In this document: positions 31,593-41,379 of the stretch, one piece after another
How the letters are laid out: each line of letters starts with the position of its first letter
How positions within the stretch are numbered: the first letter of the stretch is position 1
Source: an uncultured Bacilli bacterium
GTDB taxonomy: Bacteria > Bacillota_I > Bacilli_A > RF39 > UBA660
Length of the DNA: 64,000 bases
Reading direction: 5' to 3'
Assembly (NCBI GenBank): GCA_934096945.1
Contig: CAKOND010000004.1
Location: forward strand, 18,569-82,568
Made by a program: the position numbers and the translations under genes
Notes under the pieces: model-generated
What the model saw: only the letters and a program-made list of their open reading frames with translations
Told to the model about the DNA's origin: nothing
Database searches by the model: none

Positions 31593-32589
31593 AGTAGCAA
31601 TTAATGGTTTTGGTAGAATAGGCAGACTAGCCTTTAGACAAATAGTTACACAAACAGATTTTGATATTGTAGCTATTAATGATTTAACAAGTGCGGAGGA
31701 TTTAGCATATTTAGTTAAATATGATACTATACATGGTTCATTTCATGAAGATGAAATTAAAGCAGAAGGTAATGAAATAGTAGTTGCAGGTGTTAAGAGA
31801 ATTAAAGTTTATAGTGAAACTGACCCAGCTAATTTACCTTGGGGGGAACTTGGAGTTGATTTAGTTCTTGAATGTACTGGTAAGTTTACTCAAAAAGAAG
31901 ATGCAATGAAACATATTACTGCTGGTGCTAAAAAAGTTTTGATTAGTGCTCCAGGTAAAGGTGAAATGAAGACAGTTGTTTATAATGTTAATGATAGCAT
32001 TTTAACAAATGATGATGTTATTGTTAGTGCAGCAAGTTGTACAACAAATTGTTTAGCTCCAGTTCTTAATATTTTGCAAAAAAATATTGGTATTAAAAAA
32101 GGATTTATGACAACTGTTCATGCTTATACAAATGATCAAGCAACACTCGATATAGCTCATAAAAAGGGTATTAAATCAAGACGTGGTAGAGCATGTGCTC
32201 AAAATATTGTTCCATCTAGTACAGGAGCAGCAAAAGCTATTGGTTTGGTTATTCCTGAACTTCTTGGTAAGCTTGATGGTAATGCTTTAAGGGTTCCAAC
32301 TGCGGATGGTTCTGCTCTAGATTTAACTTTAGAATTAAATAGAAATACAAGTGTGGAAGAAATTAATAAATTATTTAGTGAAAATCAAAATGAAACAATT
32401 AAATTTACAATGGATCCAATTGTTTCAAGTGATTGTTTAGGTAAAAAAGTTGGAGCAATAGTTGATGGACTTTCTACAAGCATTGTGGAAGCTGATGGTT
32501 CTCAACTTGTTAAAGTACTTGCTTGGTATGACAATGAATATGGTTATACAGCTCAAATGCTTAGAACAGCTAAAAAAATGTTTCAATAA
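31585..32589 (+). CDS. gap: Glyceraldehyde-3-phosphate dehydrogenase, type I
   Basis: NGFGRIGR Rossmann motif and catalytic SCTTNC. Confidence 0.93.
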   Translation: MIKVAINGFGRIGRLAFRQIVTQTDFDIVAINDLTSAEDLAYLVKYDTIHGSFHEDEIKAEGNEIVVAGVKRIKVYSETDPANLPWGELGVDLVLECTGKFTQKEDAMKHITAGAKKVLISAPGKGEMKTVVYNVNDSILTNDDVIVSAASCTTNCLAPVLNILQKNIGIKKGFMTTVHAYTNDQATLDIAHKKGIKSRRGRACAQNIVPSSTGAAKAIGLVIPELLGKLDGNALRVPTADGSALDLTLELNRNTSVEEINKLFSENQNETIKFTMDPIVSSDCLGKKVGAIVDGLSTSIVEADGSQLVKVLAWYDNEYGYTAQMLRTAKKMFQ

Positions 32590-32593
32590 AATA

Positions 32594-32621
32594 AAAAACT
32601 CTCAGAAATGAGAGTTTTTAA
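32594..32621 (+). terminator. Rho-independent terminator after gap
   Basis: Stem AACTCTCA/TGAGAGTT with a GAAA loop, then TTTT. Confidence 0.7.
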
Positions 32622-32688
32622 AAAAGACTAGCAAAAGTCTTAAAAATGGTATATTAAATTTTAAATTGAAGGGAGAATTGATAATTAA

Positions 32689-33219
32689 ATGGATACTATA
32701 ATTGGAATATTATTTGTTTCTATATTTGGAACTTTACTTCATTTTATGTATGAGTGGAGTGGACATAAAAGGTTTGTTTCAATATTTGCTGCGGTTAATG
32801 AAAGTACATGGGAGCATATTAAAATAGCTTTGACTCCAAGTTTTATATGGATGTTATATGATGGAGCAAAATATGGGTTAGAACCTAATTATTTTGTAGC
32901 CAAGACTGCTAGTTTACTTGCAATAATAATTATTATACCTGTTCTTTTTTACACATATCAAATATTTACTAAGAAAGCTATGTTACCAATTGATATAATA
33001 ATATTTTATATAGCTATTATTTTTAGTAATTTGTTATTTAAATATTTAATTCTTTTGGATCCAACTAATTTCTTTATTACTTATTTTGCAGTAATATTAT
33101 TATTTATTATATTTGGATTTTATATGATTCTTACATTAATGCCATTTGAAAACTTTATATTTAAAGATCCGATAACTAATAAGTATGGAGTAAAAGGACA
33201 TTCTCATCATGAACATTAA
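32689..33219 (+). CDS. Hypothetical polytopic membrane protein (176 aa)
   Basis: About five predicted TM helices. No motif recognised. Confidence 0.5.
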   Translation: MDTIIGILFVSIFGTLLHFMYEWSGHKRFVSIFAAVNESTWEHIKIALTPSFIWMLYDGAKYGLEPNYFVAKTASLLAIIIIIPVLFYTYQIFTKKAMLPIDIIIFYIAIIFSNLLFKYLILLDPTNFFITYFAVILLFIIFGFYMILTLMPFENFIFKDPITNKYGVKGHSHHEH

Positions 33220-33221
33220 TA

Positions 33222-33428
33222 TAAGGCAACTTATTTCATCTATTATTCCTACTAAATAGTCTAGTGAAGTGTTATAAAATTCAGCTAAGTCATATAAATA
33301 ATTAATTGGATTAATCTTTTCCCAATTTCATATTCACTATATTGTTGCTTTATACCTAATGCTTTAGCAACATCTATTTGATTTAAATCTTTATCTTCAC
33401 GTATTTCTTTTAATCCTTCTATATTCAT
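33222..33428 (-). pseudogene. Frameshifted XRE-family (Cro/CI-type) HTH regulator
   Basis: Minus-strand frame 1 reads MNIEGLKEIREDKDLNQIDVAKALGIKQQYSEYEIGKRL…, then a stop. A shifted frame continues with INYLYDLAEFYNTSLDYLVG, the canonical XRE C-terminus. The shift occurs in the A-run of gggaaaaga. Confidence 0.5.
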
Positions 33429-33450
33429 TTTAGAAACCTCTGTTATCATT

Positions 33451-33479
33451 TTGACAGACAAAAGATGTTTTGTATAATT
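33451..33479 (+). promoter_or_regulatory. Sigma-A promoter TTGACA-17-TATAAT
   Basis: Perfect consensus hexamers at 33451-33456 and 33474-33479, divergent from the XRE pseudogene. Confidence 0.6.
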
Positions 33480-33528
33480 ATTGTGATGGTGATAAAATGA
33501 TTAAGTAAAAAAAGTAATTATCCTTATA

Positions 33529-33873
33529 ATGTTATCAATTTTAATAATACTAGTTTTAGTTCTAGCAATATCATCTGCTTTTATGAAAACTGTAGATGAT
33601 GGAAATAATATAACTGAAGTAAGTCTGTCTAGCTGTGCTAAAATAAAATTAAACGGAATTAATTCAATTAGTTTAACTAATAGCTATCCGATGTCAAGAA
33701 ATAAAGGATTACAAACAATTCCATATTCATTTACAGTATCTTCATATTGTGATAGCTATGTTGGATTTAATTTATACCTTGCGATACTTGAAAGTAGTAT
33801 ACTAGATATGTCAAATATTCATTATATTGTAACTAAAAAAGGTTCAAAAGAAGCTTTATTGGAAGGCATATAA
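33529..33873 (+). CDS. Hypothetical secreted protein (114 aa, signal peptide)
   Basis: N-terminal hydrophobic signal MLSILIILVLVLAISSAF. No RBS is evident, so this is a less certain call. Confidence 0.4.
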   Translation: MLSILIILVLVLAISSAFMKTVDDGNNITEVSLSSCAKIKLNGINSISLTNSYPMSRNKGLQTIPYSFTVSSYCDSYVGFNLYLAILESSILDMSNIHYIVTKKGSKEALLEGI

Positions 33874-33925
33874 CAGATTTAGAAGAAGAAACCAGTTTTA
33901 GTGATGCTGAAAAAACAGAATTAAA

Positions 33926-33956
33926 AACTTCAGATTAACTTTCTGAAGCTTTTTTC
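33926..33956. terminator. Bidirectional hairpin terminator
   Basis: Stem CTTCAGA/TCTGAAG with a 7-nt loop, then CTTTTTTCTTTC. The loop contains the stop codon of the minus-strand spoVB-like gene. Confidence 0.55.
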
Positions 33957-35560
33957 TTTCTTTTAAATTTATTTGATAATCTATCTCCGAGAAGTTTGTT
34001 AAGTAAATCTTTATTCATTAAATAATAAAGTGCTAAACAAGTAAGACCTATAAATCCTAGAGCTAGTAACATATATAATTTGCCTGTAATGTGATTAAAT
34101 ATAAGTGGTTTAATAATTAGGCATATTGCTATTAATATTGTTATTGTTAATATAAGTTTTGGTATAGATTTAACTGTTTCTTTATAACTAAAGTTGTATT
34201 TATGATGTAGTGTATAAAGCGGAATTATTAATGATAATATGTAACCAATTGTGGTTGCAAGTATTGCTCCATAGAATGGATATATGCCGAGTTTATTAAA
34301 TAAGAATATTAAGGGAATGTCTAATATTGTTTTAGTAATTAATCCAGTTCCACATGATATGTAAATTAGTTTGGTTTTTGATAAGCCTTGGAGAGCACTA
34401 CATATCATTATGTAAGCTGAGTCTAATATGGCAAGTAATATAGTATATTTGAATATTAATGGACCATAGAAACTTTCGCCATAGAATATTGTCCAAACCT
34501 GTTTTGAAAATATACTTAAGAATATTGAAAGGGGTAATATAACATATAAAAGCACTTGAAGGGTTTTGTTAAATTGTGAGTTTACTTCTTTCATATCTTT
34601 TTTAGTGTAAGATTCCACAATAGTTGGAATTAAGCTTATTACAAGTCCGGTTGCAATTGCAGTTACTACACTTACAAGTTTACTTCCCCAGGTGGTAAAT
34701 ACTGAGGATATTGTTTCTATGTCCCCAGCTGGGTAACCTATCCAATTTAAACCTTTGATAACTAATATCATATCAACAGTGTTATAAATACTATTAGCTA
34801 CATTAATAACAATAAATGGAATACAATACCCAATTAGTTTTTTAAATATTGTTTTCTTTTCATCTTTAGATACTTCTTCATATGGCACAAATAAATCTTT
34901 TTTTACTTTGTTTGTTTTAATAAGTAGATAAAGATATGAAACTAGAGCACCAGCACACGCTCCAAATACAGCGATACCAACAGCTTGGGCAGTTGATAAA
35001 TGAAATACTTTTAGTGCTAAGTAAGAACCAACTATAATTACTAAGACTCTTACAAACTGTTCAATTACTTGACCAATTGATGGAGCTGCAATGTAGTGAT
35101 GACCTTGCAAGTATCCTCTGAAAATACTTAATAGTGGTACAACTAAAATGGCAAATGATACACATCTGATTACAAATGCAACATCTGATACTGTGTTTCC
35201 TCCAGTTAAATCCCCAACTATGGCATTTGCTATGATACTTGCTCCGAAGAAACATATACAAAATGATACAATAGAAAATATTCTTATTATTTTTTGTGAA
35301 TATTTAAACATGTAAGTTTTTTCCTTCATTTTGCCTAATGTGTTGTATTCACTAGTGATTTTACTTATAGCAAGTGGTATACCTGCGGATGATATAATTA
35401 AAAAGAAATTATATATATTGTAGGCATATCCATATAATGACCCACCATTTTCACCGATTATATTATAAAATGGAATTACGTAAAGTACTCCGAGTATTTT
35501 AGATAAAATTATGGCTATAGTTGCTATTAAAGCACCTTCGATAAATTCATTTTTTTTCAA
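33935..35560 (-). CDS. MOP-superfamily flippase (SpoVB/MurJ-like oligosaccharide or lipid II flippase)
   Basis: 541 aa, about 14 TM helices. The N-terminus ALIATIAIILSKILGVLYVIPFYNIIGENGGSLYGYAYNIYNFFLIISSAGIPLAISK is typical of the SpoVB/polysaccharide biosynthesis family. Confidence 0.7.
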   Translation of the reverse strand: MKKNEFIEGALIATIAIILSKILGVLYVIPFYNIIGENGGSLYGYAYNIYNFFLIISSAGIPLAISKITSEYNTLGKMKEKTYMFKYSQKIIRIFSIVSFCICFFGASIIANAIVGDLTGGNTVSDVAFVIRCVSFAILVVPLLSIFRGYLQGHHYIAAPSIGQVIEQFVRVLVIIVGSYLALKVFHLSTAQAVGIAVFGACAGALVSYLYLLIKTNKVKKDLFVPYEEVSKDEKKTIFKKLIGYCIPFIVINVANSIYNTVDMILVIKGLNWIGYPAGDIETISSVFTTWGSKLVSVVTAIATGLVISLIPTIVESYTKKDMKEVNSQFNKTLQVLLYVILPLSIFLSIFSKQVWTIFYGESFYGPLIFKYTILLAILDSAYIMICSALQGLSKTKLIYISCGTGLITKTILDIPLIFLFNKLGIYPFYGAILATTIGYILSLIIPLYTLHHKYNFSYKETVKSIPKLILTITILIAICLIIKPLIFNHITGKLYMLLALGFIGLTCLALYYLMNKDLLNKLLGDRLSNKFKRKKKASES

Positions 35561-35700
35561 AAAATATCATCTCCGTATGTAGTTATTATATTAAAATTAT
35601 GTACTTGTTTCAAGTAAACATGAGTTAAATACGTGTAAATTACATAAATTTGGCATTTATTTGATGCAGAAATCGTGATATAATTATGGTGGAGGACCAT

Positions 35701-36402
35701 ATGAAGTTTATAGAATTAAAAAATGTTAATAAAACTTATAAAAATGGAATTACTGCAGTAGCTGATATGACAGTTAGTGTAGCTAAGGGTGAGTTTGTTT
35801 TTGTTATTGGTCTAACTGCAAGTGGTAAATCAACATTTATTAAGATGCTTTATAGAGAAGAAAAACCAACAAGTGGTACTGTTTTTGTTGGGGGATTAAA
35901 TGTTGGTAAACTAAGAAATAGAAAAGTTTATAAGCTTAGAAGAAAAGTAGGTATTGTATTTCAAGACTTTAAATTATTACCTAGGCTTACAGTGTATGAG
36001 AATGTAGCATTTGCTTTAGAGTGTGTTGGTATGAAGGGTTCTGAAATAAGACCTAAAGTTTTAAATGCTTTAGAAAGAGTTGGACTTAAAGAAAAGGTAC
36101 GTTCTTTTCCGGGAGAACTTTCTGGTGGGGAACAACAAAGAGTTTGTATTGCAAGGGCAATTGTTAATGAACCAAAATTATTAATTTGTGATGAACCAAC
36201 AGGTAATCTAGACCCTGAAACTAGTGAAGAAATTATGAAAGTAATTGAAAATATTAATAAGGAATTGGGTACAACTATAATTATGGCTACCCATGATAAA
36301 GATATTGTTAATAGAATGAAGAAAAGAGTTCTAGTTATTAATCATGGAGTTTTAACTCATGATTATGCGAAAGGAAGTTATAAGACAAATGAGGGCATGT
36401 AG
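35701..36402 (+). CDS. ftsE: Cell division ATP-binding protein FtsE
   Basis: ABC ATPase with Walker A GLTASGKST, signature LSGGEQQRV and Walker B LLICDEPTGNLD. Start ATG 35701 after GGAGGA. Adjacent to ftsX. Confidence 0.88.
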   Translation: MKFIELKNVNKTYKNGITAVADMTVSVAKGEFVFVIGLTASGKSTFIKMLYREEKPTSGTVFVGGLNVGKLRNRKVYKLRRKVGIVFQDFKLLPRLTVYENVAFALECVGMKGSEIRPKVLNALERVGLKEKVRSFPGELSGGEQQRVCIARAIVNEPKLLICDEPTGNLDPETSEEIMKVIENINKELGTTIIMATHDKDIVNRMKKRVLVINHGVLTHDYAKGSYKTNEGM

Positions 36403-37282
36403 AATATTTTTTAGAAGTATAAGAGATGCTTTCAAAAGCGTCGTTAGAAACTTTTCTTTGAGTTTTGCATCAATTATGTGTACAACAATAACTCTTATTT
36501 TGGTGGCTGTAGCTATTGTGGCCGCCGCTAATGTACAAAATGCAACTAAGTTAATTGAAGATGAACTTACAGTTGTTACATATCTTAAAAAAGATGTAAC
36601 AGAGGAACAGATTGAAAATATAAAGACTGAACTAAAAAGTTATAAAAATATTGATGAAGTAGAGTTTAAAAGTAAAGATGAATGGAAACTTGAAATGAGT
36701 AATTATGATGATTCATTTAAGACTGTTCTAGATTATTTAGATGAAAATCCTTTGAAAGATTCTTTTGTTTTGAAGGTAAATGATGTTAAAAAATTAAGCG
36801 AAACAAGTGAATATGTTAAGGCTATAACTGGAGTTGATACTGTTAAGTATGGTGAAGGAATGGTTGAACAAGTAATATCTGTATTTGATGTTGTTCAAAA
36901 GATTGTTGTAGTTGTTGTAATTGCTTTGATTTTAGTAACTAGTTTCTTAATTAGTAATACTATTAAACTTACAATATTTAGTAGAAGAAATGAAATAGAA
37001 ATTATGAGACTTGTTGGTGCTAGTAATATTACTATTAAACTTCCTTTCTTGTTTGAAGGCTTAATTATTGGTTTAATTGGTTCAGTTATTCCGGTATGTA
37101 TTACTATTTATGGTTATGTTATTCTTTATTCAAGACTTCATGGTAAATTATTTTCAAATATGATTATGCTTATTAAACCTTATCCATTTGTATTCTATGT
37201 TTCACTTATTGTGGTTGCAATTGGTGCTTTGGTTGGTATGTATGGCAGTATTAAAGCTGTTAGAAAGTACTTGAAGGTGTAA
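36389..37282 (+). CDS. ftsX: Cell division permease FtsX
   Basis: Four TM helices with a large extracellular loop between TM1 and TM2. Downstream of ftsE. Start approximate. Confidence 0.8.
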   Translation: MRACRIFFRSIRDAFKSVVRNFSLSFASIMCTTITLILVAVAIVAAANVQNATKLIEDELTVVTYLKKDVTEEQIENIKTELKSYKNIDEVEFKSKDEWKLEMSNYDDSFKTVLDYLDENPLKDSFVLKVNDVKKLSETSEYVKAITGVDTVKYGEGMVEQVISVFDVVQKIVVVVVIALILVTSFLISNTIKLTIFSRRNEIEIMRLVGASNITIKLPFLFEGLIIGLIGSVIPVCITIYGYVILYSRLHGKLFSNMIMLIKPYPFVFYVSLIVVAIGALVGMYGSIKAVRKYLKV

Positions 37283-37284
37283 TT

Positions 37285-38523
37285 ATGAGTGCGAAAAAAT
37301 TAAGTGGATATTTTGTTAGATATATTTTAGCAATATTTATATTTGTTTCTTGTTTTATATTTAAGCCGGCGGATACATATGCTAAAGCAAATACTTTCGG
37401 AGAATTAAAACAGGAACTTGCTGATTTAAAAGCTAAACAACAAGCTAATAATAATAAAAAGAATTTGACTAAGAACCAAATTACATCTAAAAATAATGAT
37501 ATTAATAATGCTGAAAAAGAAATAGATAATGGTAGAGTTAAAATTGCAGAAGCTAAGCAAGTAATTGCCCAGACTGAAGTGAAAATACAAGAACTTGAAG
37601 AAAAAACTAATCAGTTGATGGAAGCTTATCAGATAATGATGAGTAATAGTTCTTATATGGAGTTTGTTACAAATTCATCATCGATGACTGATTTAATTAT
37701 GAGAATTGATGCAGTTAAAGAATTGTCTAACTATAATAAAGATAAATTAACTGAATTTGAAGAGCTAATTAATACTAATAAACAAACACAAGTAGATTTA
37801 GCTAATTATGAAAAAAAATTAGAAGCTAATATAGAAACTTATAAAAATAATATTCAGGCTTTACAAAATGATTTGGCTAGTCTTAATGAAATTGGAATGG
37901 ATTTAGTTGATGAAATTAATTCTAAACAACAACTTGTTGATTATTATAATAAAATTGGCTGTAAAAGTGAACAAACTTTGGAAGACTGTTCTAGAATTGC
38001 TGGTAATGATGCTTGGCTCAAGCCTTTAAATAAAGGAAGGGTTAATAGTAAATATGGTCAAAGAATTGATCCATTTACTGGTAAACTTAAGATACATAAA
38101 GCTGTTGATTTGGGAGGAAATGCGGAAGGTACTAGTGTTTATTCAATTGGTAATGGTGTTGTTGTTGGTATAGTTGATGCTAAAAAAACAATGGCTAGAA
38201 CTGGTAAAAAAGTTTGTGGTGGTAATCAAGTTTATATTCAATATGTTATTAAAGGTGAGTATTACACTGTTTTATATGCACACTTGCTTTCATATAATGT
38301 TTCTGTTTCACAAAAAGTAACGGCAGAAACAGTAATTGGAAGACAAGGTGGAGGAACTGGTACGAAGTCTTGGGAAAGATGTTCTACAGGTACTCATTTA
38401 CATTTCCAAGTAAGTAAACATCAATATGAAGGATATAATACTTTTGTTGCTTATAGTATTGTGCCACCAGGATATCCCGGAGGAGGAGGCTGGTTCTATT
38501 CAAGAACTCAGTACTTTAATTAA
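37285..38523 (+). CDS. Coiled-coil M23 family peptidoglycan endopeptidase (EnvC-like FtsEX partner)
   Basis: Signal/TM region, a long coiled coil, and a C-terminal LytM/M23 domain (HKAVDLGG…, HLHFQV). Adjacency to ftsEX. Confidence 0.8.
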   Translation: MSAKKLSGYFVRYILAIFIFVSCFIFKPADTYAKANTFGELKQELADLKAKQQANNNKKNLTKNQITSKNNDINNAEKEIDNGRVKIAEAKQVIAQTEVKIQELEEKTNQLMEAYQIMMSNSSYMEFVTNSSSMTDLIMRIDAVKELSNYNKDKLTEFEELINTNKQTQVDLANYEKKLEANIETYKNNIQALQNDLASLNEIGMDLVDEINSKQQLVDYYNKIGCKSEQTLEDCSRIAGNDAWLKPLNKGRVNSKYGQRIDPFTGKLKIHKAVDLGGNAEGTSVYSIGNGVVVGIVDAKKTMARTGKKVCGGNQVYIQYVIKGEYYTVLYAHLLSYNVSVSQKVTAETVIGRQGGGTGTKSWERCSTGTHLHFQVSKHQYEGYNTFVAYSIVPPGYPGGGGWFYSRTQYFN

Positions 38524-38524
38524 T

Positions 38525-39022
38525 ATGAAAATAGATACATTAGTGGTTGGTTCTTTGCAAGAAAATTGTTATATTGTTACTATTGGGGATAATTCTTTTA
38601 TTGTTGATCCAGGCGATGAAGCAGAAAAAATAATTAATGCTTGTAAAGATAAAAATATCAAAGAAATACTTATTACTCATCATCATTTTGATCATGTTGG
38701 AGCTTTAAAAAAACTTGAAGAACATTTTGGTTTACATGAAAATGTTAGAAGTGGTTTATTTGATTATGAAGTAATTAAAACTCCGGGACATACAGAAGAT
38801 AGCTTAACTTATTATTTTCCTAAAGAAAAAGTTATGTTTACGGGTGACTTTCTATTTTATCACACAATTGGTAGATGCGATTTACCAAGTGGAAGTGAAG
38901 AAGATATTATAAAAAGTCTTGAACTAATAAGCAAGTATTCGGATGATATAGATGTTTATCCTGGGCATGGACCTAAGACAAATTTAGGAAAAGAAAAGCA
39001 GAATTTTAAATATTATTTTTAA
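38525..39022 (+). CDS. MBL-fold metallo-hydrolase (glyoxalase II-like)
   Basis: HHHFDHVG zinc motif. True start ATG 38525 (MKIDTLVVGSLQENCYIV). Confidence 0.75.
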   Translation: MKIDTLVVGSLQENCYIVTIGDNSFIVDPGDEAEKIINACKDKNIKEILITHHHFDHVGALKKLEEHFGLHENVRSGLFDYEVIKTPGHTEDSLTYYFPKEKVMFTGDFLFYHTIGRCDLPSGSEEDIIKSLELISKYSDDIDVYPGHGPKTNLGKEKQNFKYYF

Positions 39023-39118
39023 ATATGTAAAAGGCACGTTGTGTCTTTTTTTGTGTTGTCATCTATATTTTTTTGTGATATCATTATTTTAGAAATAAAT
39101 AGGAAAAGGTGAAGATGA

Positions 39119-39766
39119 ATGAAGAAAAATGTTAATTTTAAAGTTATTCAAATATTTTTGTTAATTGCGATGATAATCTTGGTTTTAATTTTGTGTTTTA
39201 TGAACTTAAAACATAAAAAAAATGAAAATATAGATGGTACATCAAATTTGTGGGATATATATGATTTAAATTTAACTGAAATGAAATATAATCTGGATAA
39301 AACGATGGATAAACCGAAGGAAAATGTCACTTGTGGTAATTTAAAAGGGATAACATTAAAAAATGACTCTTATGAAGCTTTGCTCAATAATTTAGGGTGT
39401 TATATTACTTTATATTATTATGGATTAATTGAATATAATGAAACCTATCATAATCCTATAACTGATTATAGAAATAAACATGAAGTTACAGAAAAAGATA
39501 TTTTGAATTTAAAGCATAATTTGAAAAATGATGTTAATTTTTCTTCTAATTTAAAAGGTCTGTTAACGGTAAAAATTGATAAAGAAGGTTCTGGAAAAGA
39601 TTTATATAATGTTGTTTCTGAATTTATTGATAAATTTGATGGTGCATTTTATGATAGCGGTAAAACATATCAAGAAATTTTTTCATATAAACTTGCTGAA
39701 ATTTCTTATGTTACTTATTTGTCTGATTGGTTAAAGAATGAATATTATAATCTAGTGAAATATTAA
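39119..39766 (+). CDS. Hypothetical membrane-anchored protein (215 aa)
   Basis: N-terminal TM anchor, no recognisable motif. RBS AGGTGAAGATGAATG. Confidence 0.5.
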   Translation: MKKNVNFKVIQIFLLIAMIILVLILCFMNLKHKKNENIDGTSNLWDIYDLNLTEMKYNLDKTMDKPKENVTCGNLKGITLKNDSYEALLNNLGCYITLYYYGLIEYNETYHNPITDYRNKHEVTEKDILNLKHNLKNDVNFSSNLKGLLTVKIDKEGSGKDLYNVVSEFIDKFDGAFYDSGKTYQEIFSYKLAEISYVTYLSDWLKNEYYNLVKY

Positions 39767-39772
39767 AAAAAT

Positions 39773-39804
39773 ACCTCTGCAAAAATGATTTTGTAGAGGT
39801 TTTA
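39773..39804 (+). terminator. Rho-independent terminator
   Basis: Stem ACCTCTGCAAAA/TTTTGTAGAGGT, then TTT. Confidence 0.55.
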
Positions 39805-39977
39805 AAATAATTGAAAAGCCTAGTTATCGACATAAAACTCCAGTAAATATAGTAAAATATGTCAATAACTGGCAATTTCAAGCCGATTTATTAAGAGATT
39901 ATATAATGATTAATGATTAAAATTAATGTTAATATTGAAGTTTTTTATAATGAAAAATTACATAAATTTAAATTGAT

Positions 39978-40012
39978 AAAACATCGACATTAAAATTGTC
40001 GATGTTTTCTTA
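39978..40012. terminator. Bidirectional terminator hairpin downstream of gerQ
   Basis: 12-bp perfect stem AAAACATCGACA/TGTCGATGTTTT with a T-rich 3' flank on both strands. Confidence 0.6.
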
Positions 40013-40372
40013 GTATGTTTTTTCTGAGAAACTGTGAGAATAGATAATTGGTTCCATAAACTCAACATAGTTCAAATAAATTATTCTAATTAAGTACCAA
40101 AGATTATTAGTGTTATCTCTGATTATAAGATGGTCTCTGCCTGCTTCTTCAATTATGCCTTCATATACTTTGTTTTGCCATGCGCTACTGTCTGGGTATG
40201 AAACATAGGCTTTAATCTTTCTTCCTTTGTTAAGTCTTAGAATATTTTCTATATAACTTTGTTCATCAGGTAAATTATTGTTATTATTTACCTCAGTTAC
40301 CGCCATATTTCCTGGTGGAGTTTGAAAACTTTGAGTAGGAAATGTTGGATTTTGATAGAAATTACCATTCAT
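40010..40372 (-). CDS. gerQ: Spore coat protein GerQ (YwdL family)
   Basis: QSYIENILRLNKGRK…KVYEGIIEEAGRDHLIIRD…YLIRIIYLNYVEF matches GerQ (B. subtilis EQSYIENILRLNRGK…KVFKGVIEAAGRDHVIISD…YLDYITF). The Q/P-rich N-terminus is typical. Confidence 0.8.
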   Translation of the reverse strand: MNGNFYQNPTFPTQSFQTPPGNMAVTEVNNNNNLPDEQSYIENILRLNKGRKIKAYVSYPDSSAWQNKVYEGIIEEAGRDHLIIRDNTNNLWYLIRIIYLNYVEFMEPIIYSHSFSEKTY

Positions 40373-40460
40373 TTTTAAAATTCACCTCTAAAACAATATA
40401 TGTTTTTTAATATTAATAATTGCTAAAAATTAAATATTAGTTTATAATTAATATAGAAAA

Positions 40461-41348
40461 GTGGTTAAAAAAATGGAAAAGATAAATTATAAAGAAATTA
40501 TTTTTGATGGATGTTCTTTGGTTTTCGGGTTATTCTTTTATGCTTTATGTTTTAATTTGTTTTTAACTCCGAATGATTTAGTTGTATCTGGTTTTAGTGG
40601 TATTGCTATTGTTATGCAAAAAATATTTGGATGGACACCATCAATATTTTTGTTATGTGCCAATGTAATTTTACTTATTATTTGCTATATATTTTTAGGA
40701 TGGAGTACTACAAAGAAAAATATTGTTGGTTCATTGCTTTATCCCCTTATGGTTACTATTTCCCTTCCTATGGCTACTTTCTTAAGTAAATATCTTATAA
40801 CTGAAGACTTTTATTTAACATTATTATTTGCCCTTATTTTGTATGGCATAAGTACTGGATTTATTTATAGAAGCGGTTTTACTGCTGGTGGTTCTGATAT
40901 TATAATGCAAATTATTAATAAATATTGTAAAGTTAGTGAATCAAAGGCTATGATATTTGCAAATGGACTTATTATTGTGTCTGGAATGTTTGTTTTCGGT
41001 TTTACTAATGGAGTTTATTCTTTTATAATTTTGTATTGTTCTACTTTCTTTGTTGATAAAATTATGTTTGGTATTTCTGATAGTAAATTATTTTATATAT
41101 ATACTAGGAAAACTAGAAAGATAAAGAAATTAATTTTGGAAGAATTTGAAACAGGATTTACTACGATACCTGGTACTGGTGGATATTCACATAAAAATGG
41201 TGTTATAATTATGTGTGCTGTTTCTAACAATGATTATTATAATTTAAAGAAAAGAATTTTAGAAATTGATCCTAGTGCTTTTATGATTATTGATAAATGT
41301 TATGAAGTTAATGGAGGAGTAAAGCGAAGTAATATTCCATTTTTATAA
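40461..41348 (+). CDS. YitT-family membrane protein (DUF161/DUF2179)
   Basis: About six TM helices followed by a C-terminal soluble DUF2179-like domain. Confidence 0.65.
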   Translation: MVKKMEKINYKEIIFDGCSLVFGLFFYALCFNLFLTPNDLVVSGFSGIAIVMQKIFGWTPSIFLLCANVILLIICYIFLGWSTTKKNIVGSLLYPLMVTISLPMATFLSKYLITEDFYLTLLFALILYGISTGFIYRSGFTAGGSDIIMQIINKYCKVSESKAMIFANGLIIVSGMFVFGFTNGVYSFIILYCSTFFVDKIMFGISDSKLFYIYTRKTRKIKKLILEEFETGFTTIPGTGGYSHKNGVIIMCAVSNNDYYNLKKRILEIDPSAFMIIDKCYEVNGGVKRSNIPFL

Positions 41349-41379
41349 TATTTGTGATATAGTAATTACGTGATTAATT

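Noticed and set aside
32621-32645. Second hairpin (AAGACT…AGTCTT) after the gap terminator
   Set aside because: It would be a minus-strand terminator, but no minus-strand gene lies upstream of it. It may simply add to bidirectional termination.
35061-35261. 66-aa ORF inside the spoVB-like gene (same strand, different frame)
   Set aside because: Embedded out-of-frame within a long membrane-protein gene.
39148-39330. 60-aa minus-strand ORF
   Set aside because: Antisense to the 39119 gene. AT-rich artefact.
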